Assembly: GCA_016839515.1 (NCBI GenBank)
Contig: JAEOUE010000298.1
Span: 1 to 42,859 of the forward strand
Source of the DNA: Candidatus Hodarchaeum mangrovi
GTDB taxonomy: Archaea > Asgardarchaeota > Heimdallarchaeia > Hodarchaeales > Hodarchaeaceae
Length of the DNA stretch: 42,859 bases
Direction: 5' to 3'
In this document: positions 29,843 through 38,732 of the stretch, piece after piece
Layout of the letters: the number at the start of each line of letters is the position of its first letter
How positions within the stretch are numbered: the first letter of the stretch is position 1
Notes under the pieces: model-generated
Databases searched by the model: none
Told to the model about the DNA's origin: nothing
Seen by the model: only the letters and a program-made list of their open reading frames with translations
Translations under genes and position numbers: made by a program

Positions 29843-31090
29843 CTAAATAAATAGATTTCCTGCAATCATCTTATCCTGTTTTAAAATGGATTGAATTAAG
29901 GTTTTAGGAACACTAAAACGAATTTCTTTAGTCCGACCATGACGTCCCCGTGAGACAACTCGAGCACTAATAATACCTAGAGCATCTAATTCATTAATAA
30001 GATCACCCACACGTCGTTGGGTTAAGGAATCTTTTCCAGTATCTCTACATAACCGACTATATTCCTCATAAACATCTCCTGTAGAAACTGTTTCAGTTTC
30101 ATCGACATTGGTTTCAAGTAGGAAAATAGCTAGAATTACCATCTTTGACTGTAAAGGTAAAGTACTAACTACTTCGGTAATAGTATTCCTTTCAATTGCT
30201 CCTTGTGCCTTTTTAACATGAGCTTGGCGAATCCGATCGGCTCCCTCACGCTCAGCAATATCGGCAGAAACTCGTAATAAATCTATAGCACGACGTGCAT
30301 CTCCATGCTCCTGAGCTGCAATGGCAGCTATCATATTAATGACACCCGATTCTAATGATTGATCTTTAAAAGCGAGATGAGAACGTTCAACTAAGATATC
30401 TGTAATTTCAGGGGCTTCATAAGGTTTAAATACAATTTCCTCCTCAGAAAGCGAAGATAAGACACGAGGATCCAGATATTCTTTAAATTTCAAGTCATTA
30501 GAAATTCCAATGAGACTAACCTTAGCACGAGTCATTTCAGAATTAATACGAGTCAAATTATATAATGTTTCATTACCCGATTTTTTTACTAAACTATCAA
30601 TTTCATCAAGAACAACAATAAAAAACGAATCGCGTTGATCCAAGCCCATTCGGAACCGAGAGAAAACTTCATCGGTAGCTAAACCCGTAAAAGGAACATC
30701 AACCCCTAAAGTAGAGCAAAGATCAGCAAATACACGATAATTGGTGTCAACAGAATTGCAATTAAGATATGCTACCTCTATTTTGTGTCCATGCTGAGAA
30801 GCTTTCTTACTTAAAGTATTAAGTACATGTTTGGACACTGCAGTTTTACCAGTGCCAGTTTTACCAAAACAAAGAATATTACTTGGTTTTCCACCACGTA
30901 ACACGGAAGCAAGAATATAACCCAGCTGCTTAATTTGATCAGTACGATGGGGCAAATTTTCAGGAACAAAGGAACTATCTAGTACATCACGCTGTTTAAA
31001 CAACTTAGGCGACTTAAGATAGCCCTCGAAGATTTCATCTAAAGTAAGATCGGATGATTCATCATAATGATTCAATGACAGACCCCACAA
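29843..31090 (-). CDS. cdc6: ORC1/Cdc6 replication initiator
   Basis: LPHR, GKTGTGKT, VLDEID, GISND, DPRVLSSL, HGDARRAIDLLR and a C-terminal winged helix; alternative TTG start at 31075. Confidence 0.97.
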   Translation of the reverse strand: MWGLSLNHYDESSDLTLDEIFEGYLKSPKLFKQRDVLDSSFVPENLPHRTDQIKQLGYILASVLRGGKPSNILCFGKTGTGKTAVSKHVLNTLSKKASQHGHKIEVAYLNCNSVDTNYRVFADLCSTLGVDVPFTGLATDEVFSRFRMGLDQRDSFFIVVLDEIDSLVKKSGNETLYNLTRINSEMTRAKVSLIGISNDLKFKEYLDPRVLSSLSEEEIVFKPYEAPEITDILVERSHLAFKDQSLESGVINMIAAIAAQEHGDARRAIDLLRVSADIAEREGADRIRQAHVKKAQGAIERNTITEVVSTLPLQSKMVILAIFLLETNVDETETVSTGDVYEEYSRLCRDTGKDSLTQRRVGDLINELDALGIISARVVSRGRHGRTKEIRFSVPKTLIQSILKQDKMIAGNLFI

Positions 31091-31482
31091 AGGGTTTATG
31101 ACTAGTAATGCACAAAGAAGGACAAGGGGTACATTTTAAATTGTGCAGTAGATGTACCACTTCTTCGACTCGCCAAATTTAAACCAACGTGTTATCATGG
31201 TATTACAAGTCCTAAAATGGAATTTTATGCCCAGTTTCTATTTAGTTTGAACACTATAGGATGTTTTTGGTTCTATTGTCAATATAGTTTTTCAATTTTT
31301 GTATAAAAGAAAAACTATGATCATTTTAAATATATTTACATTAGTACTCTAGTTTAATACTATATCTTCCTTTTTTGTTGATAAATCCATGTATTACAAA
31401 GGTATTTGGCTATATCACTGTTCTTTAATCGTTTTAGTAAAAATAAAAACTTTGGTTAGAGGAAATCAACCTGAAAAATCCT

Positions 31483-31803
31483 TTAGTCATCTATTGTAAA
31501 AACCTCATCGGACATTCTGGAGTTTTTATTTTCATTTCTTAATTTATGTAAAAGATTAATCCGATGCTTCAATTTATCTAAAGAATAACTTTTGTGGAAT
31601 CTCTGATCAAAATGTACTAATTTAGACCAAGCATCCTCTGGCCTTTTTCCAAGATACTTCCACTTATATTTTCCACGTTGTTTTAATTGTGAATTACGTG
31701 ATATATATGTCACCAACCAAAAATAAGGGCCATGAGGAAATCCTTCAATACATCTACAAGTTGATTTTCCACATCTTTGCCATTTAATGATCAAAGACGC
31801 CAT
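31483..31803 (-). CDS. Small Cys/His Zn-binding basic protein, DUF6788-like
   Basis: RCGKSTCRCIEGFPHGPYFW ... WKYLGK motif. Confidence 0.7.
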   Translation of the reverse strand: MASLIIKWQRCGKSTCRCIEGFPHGPYFWLVTYISRNSQLKQRGKYKWKYLGKRPEDAWSKLVHFDQRFHKSYSLDKLKHRINLLHKLRNENKNSRMSDEVFTIDD

Positions 31804-31880
31804 AAAAAAATATTTTATTTTGAGGAAAAAAATCTTACCATATGAATCATTTTATTTCCTTGATAATATTTCAAAATTAT

Positions 31881-32174
31881 TCATTGTAAAATTTTATAAT
31901 AGACCTTGGGACGTCCTCGTTCAGTTCGTTCTTCAGAAAATCGCACCACGTAACCTTTCAGAATAAGACGAAGAAGACTATCATAAAGAGTGGATCGAGG
32001 AACTCCTGTTAAATGAACTAATTTAGACCGTGTTAAAGGCCCCTCAGAACGGAGAATTTCAACAAGATGACGATCTAATTCATGGGCAATGTCGGAATAA
32101 TCATCAGAAATTGAACGTTCTACATCAGGGGGTACTGTGGTATTCTTTCCAGATATCTTCATAAATTGGTTCAT
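31881..32174 (-). CDS. Small TrmB-like winged-helix protein
   Basis: GPLTRSKLVHLTGVPRSTLYDSLLRL..GRPKVYY; ATG at 32174 with a GGTGG RBS (ORF open to 32216). Confidence 0.8.
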   Translation of the reverse strand: MNQFMKISGKNTTVPPDVERSISDDYSDIAHELDRHLVEILRSEGPLTRSKLVHLTGVPRSTLYDSLLRLILKGYVVRFSEERTERGRPKVYYKILQ

Positions 32175-32349
32175 ACTACCACCTAAAAAATCCTTTAAGA
32201 TGTATAAAACTATCAAAAATAAAAGATCACAGAATATGAGGATAATATAATGAAATCTTACAAAATTAATTCAAAAATGAATGAACAAATATTATTAATA
32301 AAATACTAAATTCAGGGTTGAGAGGAAGGAAAAAACTACACAAATTTAG

Positions 32350-32826
32350 CTAAATTAGAACTTTAGGTATATCTTTTTCCATTTGAGGATTAATTCGATA
32401 TTCAATTGGATCTCCTTCCTGTTTTTCAATCAAACCCTCTTCAGCAAGACGATTCAAGTTAGTTTGAACTGTTGAAATGCTAATATCGTCATCTACATAA
32501 TGGCGATAGAGCTCTTCTACTTCTCGAGCTGTCAGATAGTTGGGATTAGCTCTATTTCGAACAATACTTAATATTTTCTCTTTCTTTGTCTTGAGATCAT
32601 TTAAACTAAGAATGGTTGGTGAATCAATTTCTTGGGTAAAAACTCCATTACTCTCATTCTTGATTAAAAGTGATTCCATTAAATCCTCAATCTGTTTTTG
32701 TTGATCACGAGTCAATTGTAGATAGGCTTCAATAACAGTGTGGAGTGGACCTAACCTAATTTTTTTATCAAATGCAATTGTGATTTTATCACTGCCTGCT
32801 GTTACCTTAGGCCCAATTTCACGCAT
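32350..32826 (-). CDS. Winged-helix DNA-binding protein
   Basis: C-terminal LTAREVEELY..ISISTVQTNLNRLAEEGLIEK..YRI. Confidence 0.75.
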   Translation of the reverse strand: MREIGPKVTAGSDKITIAFDKKIRLGPLHTVIEAYLQLTRDQQKQIEDLMESLLIKNESNGVFTQEIDSPTILSLNDLKTKKEKILSIVRNRANPNYLTAREVEELYRHYVDDDISISTVQTNLNRLAEEGLIEKQEGDPIEYRINPQMEKDIPKVLI

Positions 32827-32891
32827 TTTAGTTCACTAGTAATAGATTTTTCAAATTTTCTGAAAGATTTTCAATATTTTATTTCAGATTG

Positions 32892-33399
32892 ATTCACATA
32901 ATTGCTTTACACATTCACACTAATAAACTTTAATCAATACCCCTGTAATATCTTAAACTTGTCAGAAAGGTTTTATGTGAATTGTGAATGACTTTTCGCA
33001 TGTAAAATTAAGATTTTCATTCACCTTGTGAATTAGATTTGTCGGCTGTATCCCATAAATGCTTGGATTATAGACACTTATTTTATAATTAGTTGTGAAA
33101 AATATACTATAAAAATTTAGTCAAACTGATACATTTTTCCAATGGAAATTAAGGGGTTAAGATATAAAAAGTGAAAAAGTATTAAATATAAGAAAAACCA
33201 TAAAAAAAGTATTATATTCATTTATAAGAGAATAATTCTCAATTAATTTTAAATTATTATTTTTAGAAACATAAAATCTTAAATTTTTTATAGAAAAGAT
33301 ACTTTAACCTCGATTGCCGGTGAAGAAATTTTAAGGAATTCCAAAGATCTTAGATATCTAAGAGAATTCTATGATTCACAGGTTTTTATGAATGTGAAT
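32892..33399. repeat. Clustered ATTCACA/TGTGAAT heptamers
   Basis: Exact copies at 32892, 32913 and 33374 (+) and 32976, 32983, 33027 and 33393 (-); variants at 33019 and 33094. Confidence 0.65.
33137..33157 (+). promoter_or_regulatory. Origin recognition box (ORB)
   Basis: TTCCAATGGAAATTAAGGGGT matches the archaeal ORB pattern TTCCAnnGGAAAnnnnGGGG and is followed by an extremely AT-rich tract; ~2 kb from cdc6. Confidence 0.75.
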
Positions 33400-33571
33400 T
33401 GAGTTGTAAAATACCTCTCCTTTCATCCAATAGGTTTTTCATTAATTTTCATTCGTCTCTTTAAGTTAAAAATGAACGAATGAATGTTTGATCTCAAAGT
33501 AATACTGAAAATCTTAAATATAACCTAACCTTAATGACTCTTAAGAGAAAAAAAGGCATTAGTGGATATTT

Positions 33572-33844
33572 ATGACTCAATCTATACAAGAAACAGATCT
33601 CTTAGAGAAGGAAAATGAAAAGGAATTTGCCTTTGAACTAGTAAATCAAACTGATAAACAAGTCCTTGATGTTTTAACCAAAATTGAACCTGCAACAAGA
33701 ACAGATATTTGCAAAAAAACAGGAATAGCACGAACAACAATTTATGATGCTTTGACACGTCTTATTCTTTATAAAAAAGTCGTTAAATATTCTGTTCCTG
33801 GAAAATCGAAAGGACGTCCCAAAGTTTTTTACCGGATAAGTTAA
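33572..33844 (+). CDS. Small TrmB-like winged-helix protein (paralog of 31881..32174)
   Basis: PATRTDICKKTGIARTTIYDALTRL..GRPKVFY. Confidence 0.8.
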   Translation: MTQSIQETDLLEKENEKEFAFELVNQTDKQVLDVLTKIEPATRTDICKKTGIARTTIYDALTRLILYKKVVKYSVPGKSKGRPKVFYRIS

Positions 33845-33950
33845 AATAGTAGAAAAAATTTAATCTCTTTTTTTGTCACTTCATTTAACAAGATTTGGTT
33901 GGAAATTATTTTATTTTTAGCGTACATATTATCTAGGTATATGGGCCCTT

Positions 33951-33972
33951 ACCCCTTCATTTCCTTTGGAAC
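33951..33972 (-). promoter_or_regulatory. Origin recognition box (ORB), inverted
   Basis: Minus strand reads GTTCCAAAGGAAATGAAGGGGT. Confidence 0.75.
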
Positions 33973-34193
33973 ATTAGGGTATTATGAACACCAATCTTTT
34001 TATCATATTTCGGTTAGTTAATTCGACAAAATATCAATTTATTATATACGTACTACCTCGTTGATTCTTTTTTAAAAACTAGATTATATCTGTGTAATTT
34101 CAGTAAGAAAGAAAATGTAATTAAAGATTCCATTGTATTATTTAGATATATAATATAATATGGTAAGATAATATATATTTATTAAAAGGAGGT

Positions 34194-34214
34194 TTCCAGT
34201 AGAAATTTTGGTGT
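34194..34214 (+). promoter_or_regulatory. Degenerate ORB
   Basis: TTCCAGTAGAAATTTTGGTGT. Confidence 0.5.
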
Positions 34215-34301
34215 GTCGGGGACTGTTCATAATATGAATTTCTTACCATATGATAATATTGTGTTAAATGGAATAATAATAGATCAAAACTTCAAAGCTG
34301 G

Positions 34302-35045
34302 GTGAATCTCATCGTAATTAATATAGCACATAGAGGTGGAGCAGGTTTAGCTCCTGAAAACACTTTAACTTGTTTCAAAACAGGTTCTCAGTATGCAGAT
34401 ATGATTGAATTTGATATTCAACCTTCTCAAGATCATTACATATTGGTTTTTCATGATCGGCAAGGGATTGAACGTACATCTAATGGATCTGGTAAGATCA
34501 TTGATCATCCTTATTCTTATCTTCAATCCCTAGATGTTGGTTCTTGGTTTCATCCCAAGTTTACTAATGAACGAATACCAACATTATATGATACTATTGA
34601 GATATTGACTAAAATTTCCTCTACTATTCTGTTTAATATTGAGCTAAAATACTTGGATTCATCAAACTGGTTTGAGAAAAGTATTTTAGAGGTTATTGAC
34701 CATTTTAAGATTGAAGAGAGAACCTTTATCTCTGCTAGGTATTTAGAAAATATTTTTAATATCCAAGAAATTAATCCAGAAATTTCATGTATATTACTAC
34801 AAAAAGAACGACATTGGAATGATTATTTAGATATTGTAAACAATTTAGGTCTAAATATTGTCCAAATTCGTCGGACAGCTCTGATACCTGAATTTTTTGA
34901 AAAATGCCAGGATCAGGGAATTAAAATATTCTATTTTTATGCAGATACAATTCCAGAAATGAAAAAAGCTATTGATTTAGGCGTTGATGGTATTTTAACA
35001 AACTTCCCTAATAGACTTCGAGATATTCAAGAAAATATGACTTAA
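34302..35045 (+). CDS. Glycerophosphodiester phosphodiesterase (GDPD/UgpQ family)
   Basis: IAHRG, APENT, IEFDI, VFHD, NIELK, GVDGILTNFP. Confidence 0.92.
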   Translation: MNLIVINIAHRGGAGLAPENTLTCFKTGSQYADMIEFDIQPSQDHYILVFHDRQGIERTSNGSGKIIDHPYSYLQSLDVGSWFHPKFTNERIPTLYDTIEILTKISSTILFNIELKYLDSSNWFEKSILEVIDHFKIEERTFISARYLENIFNIQEINPEISCILLQKERHWNDYLDIVNNLGLNIVQIRRTALIPEFFEKCQDQGIKIFYFYADTIPEMKKAIDLGVDGILTNFPNRLRDIQENMT

Positions 35046-35151
35046 AACCATAATTTTAGACCTAGTAATGCTAATTAATTGTTTTTCAATAAAAAATACC
35101 CTCGAGGCTCTCTAAATAGATAATAAATCATAGTGATTTATTATTCATAAA

Positions 35152-36312
35152 TTATTTAAGGAAATTTACTGCAATTAAAGAGTACATTGTTGATAACGGT
35201 TCTAGGCAATCCATTGGAACATACTCATTCTTTTGATGTGCGACTTCTTGATGTGGTCCTAAATGAAGACATGGTATTTGTCCTTCACCTGCAAAAATAT
35301 TAGCATCTGTAATTCCTATAGTATATTCATATAGAGGAGCTTTTCCCATCACTGTACGATAAACACTATCAAATACCTGAAAAATAGGATGGTTTTGATC
35401 ATCTATATATGCTTCATAGCGTGGAGGTTTTAAATTCACAGTTACTTCAGCAGAAAGATTTAATGAATGAATCAAGTTCTTCATATCATCAATAGCTGAT
35501 TGAACTGTTTCTCCAGGAATTAATAACCGATTCACTTCCATACGAGCAAATGAAGGAACCGTTACAGAATAAATCTCATATCCTCCCTCTATTTTCAATG
35601 TAGAATAATTACCTTTTCCAAATTTTGGATGATTTTGAAAATTAAGTTTATTAAGGTTTGCTAGAATTTTCCCTAATTCTTCAATTGCATTTATACCAAA
35701 ATTTGGTCGAAAAGCATGTGCTGCTTTTCCCTTAACTAAAATTTCATATAAAATTTTTCCTGTAATTCCAAGAGGAATTGGTTTTAACTCATCCCCGGAG
35801 TAAGGTTCTCCTAATACAATTGCATCTACTTTTCCATACTCAGATGCAAGCATCGCTTTAGCTCCTTTTCCAAATCCCTCTTCATCAACTACACCAGAAA
35901 AAGAGAGTTCTCCGTTGAATGAGTGTTCTGATTCAACGAAAGCTCGTAACATATTTAATGTACATGCTATACCTGTTTTCATATCACAGACTCCTAAACC
36001 AAATAATTTTCCATCTTTAATTACAGGATCAAAAGGATCAGTTTCCCATCCATCTACAATGGGTATTGTATCAGTATGGCCATTGAAATTAATTTTATTT
36101 CCAGTAGTTTTTCCAGTTAGTTTTGAATAAATATTTGGTCTGCCTCTTTCTACCTCAACAGCTATACACTTTAAACCTAATGCTTCTAGCTCATTCTTAA
36201 TGAATTCAGCCATCTCACCCTCATTCCCAACAATTGAGTTAATACTAATCATATCTTTTAGAAGTCTTAGAGTATAATTTAGATCGAGTTCTTTTAATAA
36301 ATCTTCCATCAT
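35152..36312 (-). CDS. M20 family metallohydrolase (ArgE/DapE-like)
   Basis: NGHTD, GLGVCDMK, VDEE, GEP, GKAAHA, TDA, AHQKNE. Confidence 0.92.
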   Translation of the reverse strand: MMEDLLKELDLNYTLRLLKDMISINSIVGNEGEMAEFIKNELEALGLKCIAVEVERGRPNIYSKLTGKTTGNKINFNGHTDTIPIVDGWETDPFDPVIKDGKLFGLGVCDMKTGIACTLNMLRAFVESEHSFNGELSFSGVVDEEGFGKGAKAMLASEYGKVDAIVLGEPYSGDELKPIPLGITGKILYEILVKGKAAHAFRPNFGINAIEELGKILANLNKLNFQNHPKFGKGNYSTLKIEGGYEIYSVTVPSFARMEVNRLLIPGETVQSAIDDMKNLIHSLNLSAEVTVNLKPPRYEAYIDDQNHPIFQVFDSVYRTVMGKAPLYEYTIGITDANIFAGEGQIPCLHLGPHQEVAHQKNEYVPMDCLEPLSTMYSLIAVNFLK

Positions 36313-36470
36313 TTTAATCTCAATAAGACGAAAAAAGTTCTCCTTAAAAAACTTTACACCGAATATCCTAGAATTTTAAATATAATTTCAGATAATCCCT
36401 TAGGATTATCTATTTTTCTCTCCTCCTCCTCTATGATGATTGAAAATATTTAATAGAGATATTTCTAGAA

Positions 36471-37349
36471 TTACCAAGGGGATCTTAAAATTTTCATTAA
36501 AGCTCGTGGGACTTCATTATAATTCCGAACAACCACGTATCTACCGCCACCAAGTCGAGCAAGATCTTTACAGACTCGTTCTCCCCATTTTTTACCTCCT
36601 GGAAGATTTATTACATGTAATTTTTCGAATTGTCGACAAAGATAGCGTGGATCACCCCCTTTATTGTATGCTCCATCACTCAATAAAATAGCCCATTTAA
36701 ATCGGGTTATTAACCCTTTTAATTGTAATGCACCCACTTTAAGAGCATCTTCAATGTTAGTATACCCAACAGCTTCAAGATCAAGGATTTTATCCATTAT
36801 ATCATCAATTTTTACATCATCATTGATTCCCTTTATTAGAAAAGCTTTTGTATTAAATGCAATTACACCAAACTTATCATTTCGCATAGAATAAGCCATT
36901 ACTGCTGATGATAGTGCAGCATTGATATTTCTTTCTCCCATCATGGAACCACTGGCATCGAGAATTAGAACTCCATTCTTTTTCCTTTCACGTCGTTCAA
37001 TTCCAACAATATCACTACTTTTTAGTGCTGGAATACCAGTCGGATAACGTTCTAAAATCTGATCCATGGTGGCCTCAAGATCAAAATCTGCATCAGGTTG
37101 ATATTCTCCTCTAATAGGAATATCTCCTCGCAATCCCTCAGAAGCAACCCTTAGAGACATTTTTAAAATTGCTGTCCGTGTTAACCTTTTTAGAATTTTT
37201 CGTCGTTTCGAATCGATTACTCCACGCATGACAAAAAAAAGTTTTGGAGTGTATATTCCTCCAGAACCAGCCACTCTTCCAAGAGAAACTAAGCGTTCTG
37301 GATTTAATATGTTAGAAACTGCGTATTTATTGATTTTAGCGAGAGACAT
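36471..37349 (-). CDS. vWA domain protein with MIDAS; probably the C-terminal part of a -1 frameshift fusion with the upstream MoxR
   Basis: MIDAS residues in DASGS, GYTN and LSDG; the frame stays open upstream through 37541 with no ATG/GTG/TTG. Confidence 0.9.
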   Translation of the reverse strand: MSLAKINKYAVSNILNPERLVSLGRVAGSGGIYTPKLFFVMRGVIDSKRRKILKRLTRTAILKMSLRVASEGLRGDIPIRGEYQPDADFDLEATMDQILERYPTGIPALKSSDIVGIERRERKKNGVLILDASGSMMGERNINAALSSAVMAYSMRNDKFGVIAFNTKAFLIKGINDDVKIDDIMDKILDLEAVGYTNIEDALKVGALQLKGLITRFKWAILLSDGAYNKGGDPRYLCRQFEKLHVINLPGGKKWGERVCKDLARLGGGRYVVVRNYNEVPRALMKILRSPW

Positions 37350-37510
37350 CAGTGCAGGAAGGTTTTCATGTTCAATAGCTGATTCTGTTAACCTTTCTAC
37401 GCTTGCTAAATCAAGTTTATCTAGCCTTGGAAGTGTATCGCCGGCAGCAATAGCTGCTTCAGCAAGATCCTCTATATTGAGTCTACCAAATAATCTAATA
37501 TTTTTCTTGT

Positions 37511-37562
37511 ATTCCCGGTGAGATTCCCGGGAACTGCTTATAAAAAACGGTCTTCTTCCCCT
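37511..37562 (-). other. Candidate programmed -1 ribosomal frameshift cassette
   Basis: Minus strand: AGGGG, 10 nt, T TTT TTA (37547-37541), spacer TAAGCA, then hairpin GTTCCCGG-gaatctca-CCGGGAAT (37534-37511). Confidence 0.8.
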
Positions 37563-38419
37563 GATAGCACTGCTTCGACTATCTCATGAATAATATCTTC
37601 AATAGGTCGTTCTACCCCATCTTCAAGTTCTATTTTTGTTGCTAGAGTCATAATAGCCATTTCAGAAACTGTTTCTAAGTTCATACTTGACACTAGACTT
37701 AGAATTTTAGCTAGATCAATTGCTCCTCGGATAGAAGAACCTCGTCGAATATCGCTATGGTTTCTTGTTGCACGAGTTATTTTTGCTGCTGTTTCTGCAA
37801 TTAGATTATCTTCATCTCCAATTTGTGCTTTTTTCTTTACAATTTCAAGCTCCTCCTCAAATCCTTGATGGTCAAGTTTAATCCAGACAAATCTGTCTTT
37901 TAGGGCCTCAGAAAGCACAGTAGTTCCAATATAAGATTCTGGGTTTTGAGTTGCTACGACTAAAAAACCTTCTTTTGCGTTTACGACGCCTAATTTAGGT
38001 AAAATTAATATACCTTCATCCATGGACGGTAATAATACATTCTGGGTTCCTTCAATTAATCGATTTGCTTCATTGATAAATAAAATCGATCCATTTTTCA
38101 TCGCAAGAGTTAATGGACCAGGTACAAAAGCATCCCATACCCATCCCTTTTCTACAACGAGAGGGGGTTCAAAATGACCAACAAGCTTGGATTCAGTGTA
38201 TCTTTCATCTCCATCAATCCGAATAAATCCTTGGTCAAAATAAGCAGCAACTGCATGTGCTAAGGTTGTCTTACCTACTCCAACAGGACCTTCAATAATA
38301 ATATGTTTTCCTGCAGTTTTTCCAAGTATAAGTTTTCGGAGGGTTCGTTCTCGACCTACAACCCCAAATTTCTCTTGAATATCTAAAATAATTTGTTCTA
38401 TATCCACAAATGTCACCAA
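37538..38419 (-). CDS. MoxR-family AAA+ ATPase
   Basis: Walker A GPVGVGKT, Walker B LFINE, ATQNP, LSEALKDRF, sensor II SIRG. Confidence 0.92.
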   Translation of the reverse strand: MVTFVDIEQIILDIQEKFGVVGRERTLRKLILGKTAGKHIIIEGPVGVGKTTLAHAVAAYFDQGFIRIDGDERYTESKLVGHFEPPLVVEKGWVWDAFVPGPLTLAMKNGSILFINEANRLIEGTQNVLLPSMDEGILILPKLGVVNAKEGFLVVATQNPESYIGTTVLSEALKDRFVWIKLDHQGFEEELEIVKKKAQIGDEDNLIAETAAKITRATRNHSDIRRGSSIRGAIDLAKILSLVSSMNLETVSEMAIMTLATKIELEDGVERPIEDIIHEIVEAVLSGEEDRFL

Positions 38420-38732
38420 CAGGTAATAATTAAATAATCATTAATCCTATCGAATATATTATTCATAATAACCATTTTAATTAGCATAAACGAATTTCTG
38501 GGATAATAATAAATACATTTACAATTACCCAGCTAATATCAGCAAAAGAACGCCATCTCTTTATTCTCTATTTATGCTTTTGCCCTCATTTTCGTAATCA
38601 ACTTTCATGCATAAATTAAGTTATGTAAATATTTTGTCATTTCTATTGTGAAAGGGATGTATTGGTAGATCTAGATTCATTAAAAACTAATAATCCTTTT
38701 TTAATATAATTTATATACCCCAATAGAATAAA

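Noticed and set aside
32892-33399. ATTCACA repeats as DnaA boxes
   Set aside because: Only the 3' part matches TTWTNCACA, and the locus is archaeal with cdc6 and ORBs.
33412-33436. Additional inverted ORB (minus strand ACCTATTGGATGAAAGGAGAGGT)
   Set aside because: Too degenerate: it lacks the TTCC half-site and a clean G-string.
37541-37547. MoxR/vWA frame break as a pseudogene or simple homopolymer assembly error
   Set aside because: Not excluded without reads, but disfavoured. The break falls exactly at the end of the ATPase domain, forms a canonical in-phase heptamer against a stop codon, and has a hairpin at the typical spacing, while both ORFs are otherwise intact.
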